Source: a virus. From it: a stretch of DNA of 64,000 nt. The notes below the pieces were generated by a model. That model saw only the letters and a list, made by a program, of their open reading frames with translations, ran no database searches and was not told where the DNA came from. Both the position numbers and the translations under genes were made by a program. This document shows positions 18,035 through 28,933 of this stretch, in pieces. The number at the start of each line of letters is the position of its first letter. Position 1 is the stretch's first letter. The stretch lies in IMG/VR virus record IMGVR_UViG_3300042544_000912, positions 32,001 through 96,000 of that record. One strand, written 5' to 3'.

Positions 18035-19600
18035 GTGGCTTTATTACTAAGAACATTAGCACGAAACGAACTTGCCCGAGGGTTCTATCGTGATGTTGTA
18101 AACGAGAACGATTTTTTCTATTTGTTCGTGGGTAAAACCACAGACTGGCCAGGGGACGGTAGCGCAGAAACTCCTCTTGATACCGAATCGTATAATGGTC
18201 AGACACATAGAAACATAATGTTCGTTAAACGCATTCAATCGTCCGACGTGGTCATGATGATCCGTCGGATCGATTGGACTGCGGGCACGGTATATGATCA
18301 TTATGATGACATGGATAATCTCTCAACAAAAGATTTTTATGTCCTTACCAAGGACATGAGAGTGTATAAGTGCCTAAACAACAACAATGATTCTCCTAGT
18401 TTTAATATGCCAACTAGCACAGATACTACAAATGCATTCATTCTTCCTGACGGGTATGTTTGGAAGTATATGTTTAAGGTAGAAGCATCAGATGAATTGA
18501 AATATCTGTCCGCAGATTATATTCCAGTTCGTAAGATGGCAGGAGTAGGTGTTCCGTTATACGACATCAATGGTGAGATAGATTCTATTACAGTAGATGA
18601 TGGCGGTTCTGGGTATGACCCGGAAAATGTTCCCACTGTTCTTGTTCGTGGCGACGGCGAAGGTGCAACGGCAGAAGCTGTTGTAGATGAAGAAACCAAT
18701 GAAATAACAGAAATCGATGTTGTTACTCAGGGGTATGGATATTCGTTTGCCTATATAGAAATTCTCGATAATGAAACTGGTACGGGTGCCGCAGCTACTG
18801 CAAATCTTGGTAGTATTCCAGTATCGCTTGTTCAGGAATCTATTGAGGCGGCGGCAGTTCCAGGAACGGTTGATCGCATCACACTGGATGAAGTAGGCAA
18901 CAACTATTCATCGGGTGACGTTTTAGTTACCATCATGGGAGATGGTACTGGTGCCGAAGCGGTTGCGTTTGTCGATGAAAATAGTAGACTTGAACGTGTA
19001 GACGTTACAAATCCGGGAACTGGCTATACTTTTGCGGAAGTCTCTTTCAATAACATTCTTGGTATTGGTTCGGGGGCAACTGCAACGGCAGTAGTATCTC
19101 CATACTATGGCCATGGTGCTAATCCAGTCAAAGAACTTCTTGCGAAGACGGTTTGTATTTCGGTAAACTTGACCAATGACACAAGCGACTATTTCTATAA
19201 CAACGATTATCGTCAATTAGGAATTATAAAAAATCCATTGAATTCTGATTTCGTTAATTTTATGGGTGATACCGGGACAACATGTTATGTGATTGAAGTA
19301 GATGATACTTCTTTATATTCCAATGATGATGAAATTTGGTCAGATAACGGAGGAAGATTTATTGTTGCTCAAATTAAGGCGGAAACAAATCTCGTATATC
19401 TTCTTCCTGTAATTCCCGTCATCACTTCTTCTTCAACATTAACAAATAATACTACTAGCGTTACTGGATTGACTATAAATAGTCTAACTATACCAGATGT
19501 TATTAATACTACCGGCGAAATTCTTTATATTGATAATCGCCTACCTATTAATAGACAAGCTGATCAGGTAGAAAAGATTAGAACAGTTATTAACTTTTAA
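18035..19600 (+). CDS. gp8: Baseplate wedge subunit
   Basis: FYLFVGK, RRIDWTAGTVYDHY, FYVLTKDMRVYKCLNN, DGYVWKYMF and YRQLGIIKNP motifs. Confidence 0.88.
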   Translation: MALLLRTLARNELARGFYRDVVNENDFFYLFVGKTTDWPGDGSAETPLDTESYNGQTHRNIMFVKRIQSSDVVMMIRRIDWTAGTVYDHYDDMDNLSTKDFYVLTKDMRVYKCLNNNNDSPSFNMPTSTDTTNAFILPDGYVWKYMFKVEASDELKYLSADYIPVRKMAGVGVPLYDINGEIDSITVDDGGSGYDPENVPTVLVRGDGEGATAEAVVDEETNEITEIDVVTQGYGYSFAYIEILDNETGTGAAATANLGSIPVSLVQESIEAAAVPGTVDRITLDEVGNNYSSGDVLVTIMGDGTGAEAVAFVDENSRLERVDVTNPGTGYTFAEVSFNNILGIGSGATATAVVSPYYGHGANPVKELLAKTVCISVNLTNDTSDYFYNNDYRQLGIIKNPLNSDFVNFMGDTGTTCYVIEVDDTSLYSNDDEIWSDNGGRFIVAQIKAETNLVYLLPVIPVITSSSTLTNNTTSVTGLTINSLTIPDVINTTGEILYIDNRLPINRQADQVEKIRTVINF

Positions 19601-19614
19601 GAGAGAAGTTACAC

Positions 19615-22600
19615 ATGGCCTTGGACTTAAATGTATCACCGTATTATGATGATGCTGCGGCAGCGATTGCAAACAATTACAATAGAATTCTGTTCAAGCC
19701 AGGTTATGCTGTTCAGGCAAGAGAACTAACGCAACTTCAATCTATTCTTCAAGATCAGGTTGGAAAATTTGGTAACCATGTTTTTAAAAATGGTTCTGTA
19801 GTTGCAGGTTGCGAGTTCAAACTTGACACTGCACGAGATTTCATCAAAGTTCTTGATGAGAATACTTCTGGAAGTTTAATCGAAAATATTGAAGATTATA
19901 TTGGTGCCAAGGTAATCGGTCTAACATCATCCATTCAAGCAGAAATTGTTCATGCGATTTCAGGCTCCGAAGCCGACTCGCCTAATCTCAATACACTTTA
20001 TTTAAGATATCTTACCGGTGATGGTTCCACTGACGCGGTTCACTTTTCTCCCAGCGAAACAATTCGAGTAATAGAATCTGAAACTGGAGATCAAATTGGC
20101 GATACCTTTGTAGTAGATAACACCTTCGAAGAGGGCAATTATTATTATGGTAGAGGGTCATTCATAACTCTAGATAATGGTATTATTTTTCTAGATGGTA
20201 AGTTTCTTCCTTTTACTAAAACTACTCTCGAACTACTAAAATATAATGCGTATCCGTATTTTAGAATTGGGTTTGAGATTGTAGAAAGTATCGTCACACA
20301 CGAAACTGACCCAGATCTTTTGGATCCTGCACAAGGCACATTCAACTATGCGGCACCTGGCGCCGACAGATATGTGACTACCGCGTCTCTGGTCAAATAT
20401 GCACTGGATGCCACACCCTCAGATGACTTCTCAGAGTATTTGACGATTGTTGGTGGTAAGTTACAAAATGTTGTAAGCGAAGATCGCATTTATGCCGACC
20501 TCGGTCGCAATCTTGCAAAGCGCACTTTCGATGAATCCGGTAACTATACCGTAAAAGCGTTTCCTATTTTAATCAAGGAACATCTCGACACCGGAACTAA
20601 CGGCGGTCTGATTGCATATGATGCAGAAAATCCCGCGGCGGGTGGCGATGAGACACTTCTCGCAATCGGTATTGAAGCTGGTAAAGCATATGTTCGTGGT
20701 TACGCATACGAAACCAGACAGACAGAATATATTGTTGTTCCGAAAGGTAATACAACAAAAGTCATAAACGAAGTTCCTATTTCTACTGCATTTGGTAGCT
20801 ATATTCTAGTTGACAACTTCTGCGGTAACTGGGATATTGCAGCGGGTGATACCGTATCTCTTCGTGGTACCGCAGCGAATGCAATTGGCACTTCTGGTTC
20901 TCCAACTGGCGGCGCACAATCTCTTGCTGGCCCACCCGGTTCACAAATCGGCACAGCTAGAGTTCGTCATATTGTCCATGAAACCGGCACACCTGGGGTA
21001 TATAACACCCAATATCGTATGTATCTCTACGATATTCAAATGGCATCTTCATATAACTTCGAAGATGTTAAGGGTGTTTACTATGATACTACCGCCGATG
21101 GCCACGCGAACGTTGTTCTTGTAGATAGTAAAGCATACCTATACGAGAGTAAGTTCAACAGCCTTCTTTTCAAGTTACCCGCAAGAGCATTGAAGACTAC
21201 AAATCCTGTTTCGGTTGACAATAGTTTTGTCTACAACAAACAGTTTGATGATACTATTGATAGCAGCAACACTATTACATTCTCGGTAAGTTCACCAGAG
21301 AGTTTTCCGTTTACAGTTGGAACACTGACTAATACAGAAATTCTTGATAATATTATTGTTACTACAAAAGCTGCCTGCACTATCAATAGTGTTGCATATG
21401 AGATCGGTTCAGTATTAGACCTTCGCTCTACCGCTGGCGTATCTGTGACCAATACTGGTTCGCAGATTACAATAGCTTTCCCAGGAGCAATTCTCGCTGC
21501 CACGAACATTCGCGTTCACTGTAAGGTACAAGTTGCTGGTGCAAATAAAGTAACCAAGGAACTTAAAGAAAGTGCGGTTGTTGTTCTGGATACAGAAGAT
21601 AGCGGTAATACTACTGGCACATATAATCTCGGTGCGTCCGACGGTTACAAACTTCGCTCGGTCAAGATTGGCGATTTCGATGAAGACGCGGCAGATATTC
21701 AGACAGGTGGAACAGATGTAACTGCACTGTTCAACTTCGATACTGGTCAACGTGACGGCTTCTACGCAAACGCTAGAATTGTTAAAAAACCAGGTGCAAG
21801 TCTTACGCTAACCGACAAAAAGTTGGTTGTGACATTTGACTACTTCACGCACGGTGGTTCTCCTTCTACGGTATACAACTTCTACACAGTTGATTCATAT
21901 CCGGTAGACGATGAAACTACCCCAGCCGGTAAAATTCGCACGGAAGAAATTCCAATTTACACCTCCACAACTTCTGGGGTCACATACGACCTTCGTGATA
22001 CATTGGACTTCCGTCCTCGTTGGGACGATACAATTACATTCACGACAAGTCCTGCCTCAGCACCAGTTAATCCTGCAGTAGGTTCTTCACCGAGCGGCCC
22101 CGCTGGAGGTGCTATCATAACACCTTTCCCGACAGAACAATTTACTACAGATATTGAATATTATCTGGGACGTAAAGACAGAATTGTCATGGATGATGAA
22201 GGCGTATTCTCATCCGTATATGGCGTCTCCTCACTATCTCCAATTGAACCGGTAGAGCCAGAGAATGCTTTGTCTATTGCGATTGTGGATATTCCTCCAT
22301 ATCCTTCACTGGCACCTAGTGTTGCTAAGTCTGTGGGTAGAACCGATTACGGGGTTAAGTATAAATCGATTGATAATCGTCGCTATACAATGCGCGATAT
22401 CGGTCAACTAGAACAGCGACTAAATCGTCTTGAATATTATACATCTCTAAATCTACTGGAAAAATCTGCCAGTGATTTGAGCATTACTGATACAAACGGT
22501 CTAGACCGTTTTAAGAATGGTATTCTCGTAGATGCCTTCACCGGGCATAACGTTGGTAATGTTTTAAGTAATGAATACCATATTGCTATCGATCCTGCCG

Positions 22601-25536
22601 CTAAAGAAATGCGTCCGTTCTTCTTCATGGAAAATGTGGACTTACAATACGATTCGACAAACTCGACTAATATTACAAAAACAGGCGATTTACTGACACT
22701 ACCGTATACAGAATTTACGATGATGAGTCAGTTACAAGCATCTAGGTTTCGTAATTGCACAGGCGAACTTCTGTTCACATATATTGGTGATATGGAACTT
22801 GATCCGCCTGTCGATAACTGGTCTGACACTACAACCCTTCCTGATATTTCTGCAAACTTTGACGGTAACTATGACGCATGGGAAACTCTTGCCGACGCAT
22901 GGGGTACCCAATGGGAAGATTGGCAAGATACCGGAACAGGTAGAGTTACAGCGAATACGCAGCGCGCCGCGGGTAACACCGCAATACGAGGCGATACTCT
23001 TTTCCAAGAAGATATTGCTATTGTAACGACTACAACAGAACAAAGACAAACTCGTCAGGGCGTCCAACTTACGGTAACACCGGAAACACAGACTCAAAGA
23101 ATAGGTCCTAGAGTAACAAATACTTCTATCATTCCGTTTATGCGTTCTATTATAGTAACGTTTAAAGCAACGAGAATGAAGCCACTTACTCGTGTATATC
23201 CATTCTTCGATGGCATTACTGTGGAAGAACATTGTCGCCCACTATCAGGTATTGTTAGTGGCACAACAAATTCTGTTCAAAACTCATCACTAGCAACGGG
23301 TGATTATGGTGATCCCTTAATCACAAATGCGGCAGGCGAATGTTTTGGTCAATTCAGAATTCCTGCTGGTACTTTCCGTGTAGGAGAAAAACTATTCAGA
23401 CTTGCAGATGATTCTAAAAATAGAGTTAAGTTTATTACTACATCTGCATCGATGGCATTCTCTGCAAATGGTTTATCACAAAGCGTCCAAGATACAGTAA
23501 TCTCGACGAGAGTTGCCAATGTGGCAGCCGTCAATCTTTCGGATAGCAGAACGGTTTCTGATAGCAATACGACGGTAAATCGTCTAGGCGAAAGAGCAGT
23601 AGGTGTCGTTCAAACAACAGTTGTGAACAATACATTCACTACAATTAATAATACGACAAATGTTACCGAAGTTACGCAAGTAACACAAGAAGTAAATAAT
23701 ACTTTTGTAACAGAAGTCACTAATAATATCACAAATGTTACCGAAGTTACTCAGGTAACTGCGCCAGATCCGGCGCCCGTTGTTCCACCCGCGGACTTGG
23801 ACTTGGACTTCGATCTTGGTTTCTTTTCAATCGGCCCATTCCAATCTATTGACCCTATCGCTCAGACGTTTATGGTTTCTGAGGTGCCGTTCGGTTGTTA
23901 TGTGACTTCGATAGATACCTACTTCAAGAAAAAATCTCTGACAAATCCTATTACACTACAACTGCGGGAAGTGGTAAATGGTTATCCAGGTAACAGAGTA
24001 ATTCCTTTTGGTGAAGTAACACTATTGCCAAGTCAGGTAAATGTTGATGCGGACAATGGCGAAGCGTCAACCAAGTTTACTTTCCCTTCACCGGTATATT
24101 TGCAAAACAATACCGAATATTGCTTTGTTCTTCTGCCAGCGGGCAACGACCCTAACTATGAGATTTGGGTTTCTGAATTGGGTGAAAATCAACTCAATAC
24201 AACAACACGCATCTCAGAACAGCCAAATGTTGGTGTCCTATTTACATCTGCGAACAACAGAACTTGGACAGCATGGCAAGCGGAAGATATTAAGTTTAAA
24301 TTACAGAGAGCAAACTTCAACATCGGTACAACCGGAACAGTTACACTGAATACACATGATATCGATTATGCGAAATTTGATTCCTTCTCGGAAGGTGCAT
24401 TTACTTCCGGTGATAAAATTCATGGCTTCTCGTTTGACATCGTTAACGCGGGTACTGGTTATACACCGACAAACGGTACGGTCAGCCACGCACTGAGTGG
24501 TGGAATAAGCACGGGCGGAACGAATGCTACGGTTGCAGTCACTTTTTCCGGTGGCGCAGTAAGTAATGTGGTGGTGACAAACCCAGGTTCTGGTTATGTA
24601 AGCAATCCTACTCTGACTATTACTGGTGGTGGTTCAAATGCAAATATTAGCGTGACCCTCAATTCCGGTTTTGCCCATTCGTATGATTCCTTATACAACG
24701 TTGCTAAGGTTTATGTTGAAAGTGGAAACTTTACTGTAAACGACCGAGTGGGTAATGGAACTTCTCATGCTCTAATAGCAGAACTTGAAGACAAAGTGTT
24801 GAATGCATTAGGTGCCAATGTTGGATACATGGATCATACTCCATGTCAACTAATTTGGGCATATTCTGCAACGACAAATACTGGTTCCGAGACACAAGCA
24901 TCGTCATCATATGAGAATTTTGTGCCGGATAAAACAACGGAACTGACAATCGATGCCGCCATTCGTTCATATTCAAATGAGCAAAATGATCTTGGTGGAG
25001 ATAAGTCATTTAAAATTCAACTTGGCATGACATCACAAACATCTACTGTTTCGCCGGTTATCGACCTTAGAAAATGTTCTATGATTGCAATCGCAAATGA
25101 CGTTAATAATGATGCGACCGACGAAGATATTGGTATCGGTGAAGCAAGGTCCAAGTATGTTTCTCGTCAAGTTGTGCTTGATGATGGACAGGAAGCAGAA
25201 GACCTTAGAGTATATCTAAGTCAGTATGTTCCAAATGGCACGGACGTAAAGGTATATGGTAGATTCCTACATCAAAGCGATCCGGCGGCATTTGAAGAAA
25301 AAGATTGGATTGAGTTGACTACCACTCCACCAACAGTTACTTCATCTAGCTTCGTTGAATATACATATGATATTCCATCGACCGAATTGAATGGTGATGG
25401 CGTATTTGAGTATACTACAGACGGTGTAACTTACACGGGCTACAAAACTTTTGCGATTAAAGTAGTTCTTCTTTCGAGTAAAACTAGTGTTATTCCAAAA
25501 TGTCGCGAACTTCGCGCAATAGCTCTACAGGTATAA
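19615..25536 (+). CDS. 1973-aa virion structural protein (DUF4815/VrlC-like)
   Basis: LNVSPYYDD, RILFKPGYAVQARELTQLQSILQ, NYAAPGADR, RFKNGILVDAF and DPIAQTF motifs of the large post-gp8 protein of aquatic T4-likes. Confidence 0.78.
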   Translation: MALDLNVSPYYDDAAAAIANNYNRILFKPGYAVQARELTQLQSILQDQVGKFGNHVFKNGSVVAGCEFKLDTARDFIKVLDENTSGSLIENIEDYIGAKVIGLTSSIQAEIVHAISGSEADSPNLNTLYLRYLTGDGSTDAVHFSPSETIRVIESETGDQIGDTFVVDNTFEEGNYYYGRGSFITLDNGIIFLDGKFLPFTKTTLELLKYNAYPYFRIGFEIVESIVTHETDPDLLDPAQGTFNYAAPGADRYVTTASLVKYALDATPSDDFSEYLTIVGGKLQNVVSEDRIYADLGRNLAKRTFDESGNYTVKAFPILIKEHLDTGTNGGLIAYDAENPAAGGDETLLAIGIEAGKAYVRGYAYETRQTEYIVVPKGNTTKVINEVPISTAFGSYILVDNFCGNWDIAAGDTVSLRGTAANAIGTSGSPTGGAQSLAGPPGSQIGTARVRHIVHETGTPGVYNTQYRMYLYDIQMASSYNFEDVKGVYYDTTADGHANVVLVDSKAYLYESKFNSLLFKLPARALKTTNPVSVDNSFVYNKQFDDTIDSSNTITFSVSSPESFPFTVGTLTNTEILDNIIVTTKAACTINSVAYEIGSVLDLRSTAGVSVTNTGSQITIAFPGAILAATNIRVHCKVQVAGANKVTKELKESAVVVLDTEDSGNTTGTYNLGASDGYKLRSVKIGDFDEDAADIQTGGTDVTALFNFDTGQRDGFYANARIVKKPGASLTLTDKKLVVTFDYFTHGGSPSTVYNFYTVDSYPVDDETTPAGKIRTEEIPIYTSTTSGVTYDLRDTLDFRPRWDDTITFTTSPASAPVNPAVGSSPSGPAGGAIITPFPTEQFTTDIEYYLGRKDRIVMDDEGVFSSVYGVSSLSPIEPVEPENALSIAIVDIPPYPSLAPSVAKSVGRTDYGVKYKSIDNRRYTMRDIGQLEQRLNRLEYYTSLNLLEKSASDLSITDTNGLDRFKNGILVDAFTGHNVGNVLSNEYHIAIDPAAKEMRPFFFMENVDLQYDSTNSTNITKTGDLLTLPYTEFTMMSQLQASRFRNCTGELLFTYIGDMELDPPVDNWSDTTTLPDISANFDGNYDAWETLADAWGTQWEDWQDTGTGRVTANTQRAAGNTAIRGDTLFQEDIAIVTTTTEQRQTRQGVQLTVTPETQTQRIGPRVTNTSIIPFMRSIIVTFKATRMKPLTRVYPFFDGITVEEHCRPLSGIVSGTTNSVQNSSLATGDYGDPLITNAAGECFGQFRIPAGTFRVGEKLFRLADDSKNRVKFITTSASMAFSANGLSQSVQDTVISTRVANVAAVNLSDSRTVSDSNTTVNRLGERAVGVVQTTVVNNTFTTINNTTNVTEVTQVTQEVNNTFVTEVTNNITNVTEVTQVTAPDPAPVVPPADLDLDFDLGFFSIGPFQSIDPIAQTFMVSEVPFGCYVTSIDTYFKKKSLTNPITLQLREVVNGYPGNRVIPFGEVTLLPSQVNVDADNGEASTKFTFPSPVYLQNNTEYCFVLLPAGNDPNYEIWVSELGENQLNTTTRISEQPNVGVLFTSANNRTWTAWQAEDIKFKLQRANFNIGTTGTVTLNTHDIDYAKFDSFSEGAFTSGDKIHGFSFDIVNAGTGYTPTNGTVSHALSGGISTGGTNATVAVTFSGGAVSNVVVTNPGSGYVSNPTLTITGGGSNANISVTLNSGFAHSYDSLYNVAKVYVESGNFTVNDRVGNGTSHALIAELEDKVLNALGANVGYMDHTPCQLIWAYSATTNTGSETQASSSYENFVPDKTTELTIDAAIRSYSNEQNDLGGDKSFKIQLGMTSQTSTVSPVIDLRKCSMIAIANDVNNDATDEDIGIGEARSKYVSRQVVLDDGQEAEDLRVYLSQYVPNGTDVKVYGRFLHQSDPAAFEEKDWIELTTTPPTVTSSSFVEYTYDIPSTELNGDGVFEYTTDGVTYTGYKTFAIKVVLLSSKTSVIPKCRELRAIALQV

Positions 25537-25537
25537 T

Positions 25538-25771
25538 ATGTCTCAAAGATATCAGTTGGACGACACAACTAAATATGTTAGAGATGGCCATTCAAAAGCT
25601 ATTATTTCTACGGATGTTGCTGGATTGTCTGCATACAAAGCTAGAAAAAACAAACAAAGAGAACAAGCGCATCAACTTCGACAGTTTGAAAATGACATAA
25701 ATACTGTAAAAGAAGAGATGCAAGATATCAAATTGCTATTGCAGCAAATCTTACAGAACCAGGGTAGATAA
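25538..25771 (+). CDS. Small conserved hypothetical protein with C-terminal coiled coil
   Basis: VRDGHSKAIISTD plus heptad pattern; directly follows the DUF4815 gene. Confidence 0.6.
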   Translation: MSQRYQLDDTTKYVRDGHSKAIISTDVAGLSAYKARKNKQREQAHQLRQFENDINTVKEEMQDIKLLLQQILQNQGR

Positions 25772-25774
25772 GAT

Positions 25775-26257
25775 ATGTCCACTATTACACTTAGATCCGT
25801 AAAAGGAACTCCACTTACAAACACAGAAGTTGATAATAACTTCAACAACCTGAATACTGATAAGTATCAGTCGGGTGATAGTCCTACCTTTGGTAGTCTT
25901 ACTCTCACTGGTAATTTCATGCCGTCGATTGCTACCGCAGTTTCGGCCGCAGGCACAAATCAGTCAGGTGCAACAGAACTTGCTAAGGTATATAACTTAG
26001 TGACTACTGTTGGTTCGGGTGCAGGAGTTAAACTTCCTACCGCGGCAGAGAAGCTAACATATACGGTAGTGAATACAACGGCTACTAATCTTTTGATTTA
26101 TCCTAATCTTTCGGATAAGATCAACGGCGGAACTGCCAATGCTGCGGTAACATTAGCGGCGGGTTCTTCTGTAACTTTCATTGCTAAAGACGCTACGGAT
26201 TGGTATTCGTTGACCCCTCTATTAGTATTTGATTCGAGCGGCACAAGACTAAACTAA
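25775..26257 (+). CDS. Virion fibre-associated protein
   Basis: N-terminal TLRSVKGTPLTNTEVDNNF anchor motif; C-terminal domain resembles the end of the 35687 protein. Confidence 0.6.
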   Translation: MSTITLRSVKGTPLTNTEVDNNFNNLNTDKYQSGDSPTFGSLTLTGNFMPSIATAVSAAGTNQSGATELAKVYNLVTTVGSGAGVKLPTAAEKLTYTVVNTTATNLLIYPNLSDKINGGTANAAVTLAAGSSVTFIAKDATDWYSLTPLLVFDSSGTRLN

Positions 26258-26268
26258 GGTTATAGAAA

Positions 26269-27750
26269 ATGAATCCTTTAAAGATTAAGGCATCTGCAAC
26301 TCCGATTACGTCTTCAAACTTCCAAGGTTTGCAGACGATGACGGACAATGAAATAAAGAACTACATTGCAAATGTCATCACAACAAAGTTTGCTACCGAT
26401 ACTAACGGTTCGGGCACGGCAGAATTGAATGTTGATACTGCAAATGCTTTATCGGGTACCTCAATCGGAACATTTTCTGATACTGATAGAACAGAAGCTA
26501 CCGGCACACACCCTGCAACCGGTGGCATTACTACCACAACATATTATGCAAAGCAAGTTACTGCCGCTGCCTCTGAAAGCATAACTAATAGACCAGTCGG
26601 TTATGGTACTGGCATGGAAGAGTTGACAGATGCCGAAATGCGCACCGATGTTCTCGACAAAGTTATCGCCGCGATGGTTGCAGAATCTTCTTATACTGCT
26701 GGCCAATATAAGTTGTCCGCCTCGGCTCCAGCTGGCGGCACCTGGACTTCTCGTTACACCATTACAGACGTTGCGAATGGTGGAAACACTACAACATATC
26801 TGTGGCAGAAAACGGCTGCAACTTCGGCCGCAGATGGCGATCTACGCCCACTAAAAGTATTCAGTGGAAATAACGTCAGGCAAATGAGTGATGCTGAAAT
26901 TCAGCAAATGCTTCCTTATTTCCGCAACAGAATTATTTCTACTGGCATCGGCACATATTCGTTACAAGCAACTGCTCCGGTATCTGGTACGTGGGTTCAA
27001 ATGGGCGATGCATTCAGTGATACTCGTGAACAAGTAGTGTCGCAAAACTATACCGGCTATTATACAGGTAACTATACCGGCACATATACAGGTAGCTATA
27101 CTGGCACATACTCTGGTCCATATTCACAAAACTATACGGGTACCTACACAGGTAACTTCGTTGGACCTAAAACATATTCACAAGCATATTCCGCAGGATA
27201 TACAGGTAGCTACACAGGTAGCTTCGTTGGACCTAAAGCATATTCACAAGCATATTCCGCGTCATATACAGGTAACTATACCGGTTCGTTTGCAGGTACT
27301 GGAGCATATTCACAAGCATATGCCGGAGCATATTCTGGTGCATATACAGTCTACTATGGTGGTTATAGTTCCCCTGCTACATGGTACACGGGCTACTATA
27401 CCGGATATTTTACTGGCTTCTATACTGGTCCTAAGAACTATTCTGGAACATACTCTGGACCATATACTGGATTTTACACCGGTTTCTATACAGGCACAGG
27501 CACATATTCTGGAACATACTCTAGTGCGTATACTGGATTTTACACCGGTTTCTATACAGGCACAGGCACATATTCCGGACCATACTCTGGCCCATATACT
27601 GGATTTTACACAGGTAGCTATACTGGCACATACTCTGGTCCATATTCGCAAGCATATTCTGCTGCATATACTGGCGTATATGCGGGCAACACAGTAATCG
27701 TAACCAAAGATACAGTATCTACGGTAAAGCTCTGGATTCGCACAGCCTAA
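26269..27750 (+). CDS. Putative fibre/adhesin with ~210-aa Tyr-Thr/Ser-Gly repeat region
   Basis: Residues 261-473 are Y-[TS]-G-x repeats; lies within the tail appendage block. Confidence 0.65.
   Translation: MNPLKIKASATPITSSNFQGLQTMTDNEIKNYIANVITTKFATDTNGSGTAELNVDTANALSGTSIGTFSDTDRTEATGTHPATGGITTTTYYAKQVTAAASESITNRPVGYGTGMEELTDAEMRTDVLDKVIAAMVAESSYTAGQYKLSASAPAGGTWTSRYTITDVANGGNTTTYLWQKTAATSAADGDLRPLKVFSGNNVRQMSDAEIQQMLPYFRNRIISTGIGTYSLQATAPVSGTWVQMGDAFSDTREQVVSQNYTGYYTGNYTGTYTGSYTGTYSGPYSQNYTGTYTGNFVGPKTYSQAYSAGYTGSYTGSFVGPKAYSQAYSASYTGNYTGSFAGTGAYSQAYAGAYSGAYTVYYGGYSSPATWYTGYYTGYFTGFYTGPKNYSGTYSGPYTGFYTGFYTGTGTYSGTYSSAYTGFYTGFYTGTGTYSGPYSGPYTGFYTGSYTGTYSGPYSQAYSAAYTGVYAGNTVIVTKDTVSTVKLWIRTA
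27049..27687 (+). repeat. YTG/YSG repeat region with 22-aa (66-nt) super-period
   Basis: Exact 47-bp direct repeat at 27463-27509 and 27529-27575; near-exact copies start at 27145 and 27211. Confidence 0.92.
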
Positions 27751-27795
27751 CTATACTATATACATTATATAATTTCTTTTTATGGAGAATTTGAA

Positions 27796-28242
27796 GTGAC
27801 ACGGAAAATTGAAAATCCCTATTGGTCAAATAAAGATACAAAGCACGTTATTGCCGAATTCGTATACGAAGATGGTAAGAGACAGTTGGCATCCATCATG
27901 GGTGATGAGAATAATCCTGATTTTAAAGAAATCATGGAACTCTTCACCGAGGAAGAAATTGATGCTAACACAAAAGTTCGGTTAGACAAGCGCGACGAAC
28001 AGGTTCGCCGCAATCGCGAACGTCAAGAAGTAGATAGATCCAGAATGCAGCAAGAGACCTTGTTCGCGGCCAAGCTGGATGCTTTTGAAATTCCCATAAT
28101 CAAGACTTCAACAAATCGTGCAGCAAAAGCAAAGATACGTAAGGCCAAAACACTTATGGAAGTAACGGCATATGCTATCATGCTTATGATGCAAGAGGAA
28201 GCTAATACAACAATCGTAACAGAAGCGCAAGATGCAGAATAA
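27796..28242 (+). CDS. Hypothetical protein, possibly fibre assembly chaperone
   Basis: GGAG RBS with GTG start; directly downstream of the YTG protein; chaperone role inferred from position only. Confidence 0.5.
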   Translation: MTRKIENPYWSNKDTKHVIAEFVYEDGKRQLASIMGDENNPDFKEIMELFTEEEIDANTKVRLDKRDEQVRRNRERQEVDRSRMQQETLFAAKLDAFEIPIIKTSTNRAAKAKIRKAKTLMEVTAYAIMLMMQEEANTTIVTEAQDAE

Positions 28243-28933
28243 TGGTTTTGTTTACGTAGCATCTAATAATAGAGCGTATTATAGGGCAGCAAGAAACTCT
28301 GCTCAGTCGCTACTAGATTATTATCCTGATGCCAAGATCACAATTTTCACACATCCCGAATGGGTTGAAGAGGGTGACGACCAAATTTTCGAACGTATTT
28401 ACACGGATGATGTCCCGTATCATATTAGAGCCAAGCTGTGGGCGTTGGATAAGACGCCATATGACTTGACTTTATATGTGGATTGCGATACTGAAATTTG
28501 CCACGAAGATATCCAAAAAGTCTTCGAACAGATACCAGAAGATACGGACTTGTTATTCACTGCCAATCGACCATATAACGCAAAGCTCACTCGGTTATCC
28601 GAGACTGAGGAGATGACAGAACATTGCGGTCTATTTTTATATCGCAGTAACCCCGAAACGTTACGTTTGATGGGTGCATGGTGGAGCGAATATTGTAAGC
28701 AGAGAGAACCAGATTACGACCATCTGCATTATCCAAAGCAAGCACTGCAATGGGATACATTCACCATGTGGCGTCTACTGACATATGGCGACTTCAAAAT
28801 TAAACACGGTAGATTTCCAGACCCCGATGCAAGATGGAACTTTGTGGTCGGATACAAAGAAGAAGAACTACAGGGTCAAGAAATGGTAATTTACCATTAT
28901 ACACTCCCCAAATCTATATTGGATGCAAAATGA
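28232..28933 (+). CDS. GT-A fold glycosyltransferase (GT8-like)
   Basis: GFVYVA start, RAKLWALDKTPYDLTLYVDCD (DxD), WNF and IYHY motifs. Confidence 0.78.
   Translation: MQNNGFVYVASNNRAYYRAARNSAQSLLDYYPDAKITIFTHPEWVEEGDDQIFERIYTDDVPYHIRAKLWALDKTPYDLTLYVDCDTEICHEDIQKVFEQIPEDTDLLFTANRPYNAKLTRLSETEEMTEHCGLFLYRSNPETLRLMGAWWSEYCKQREPDYDHLHYPKQALQWDTFTMWRLLTYGDFKIKHGRFPDPDARWNFVVGYKEEELQGQEMVIYHYTLPKSILDAK

Noticed and set aside
27161-27697. Alternative-frame His/Ile/Leu-rich ORF in the YTG region
   Set aside because: Frame-shifted reading of the same repeat; no independent start signals
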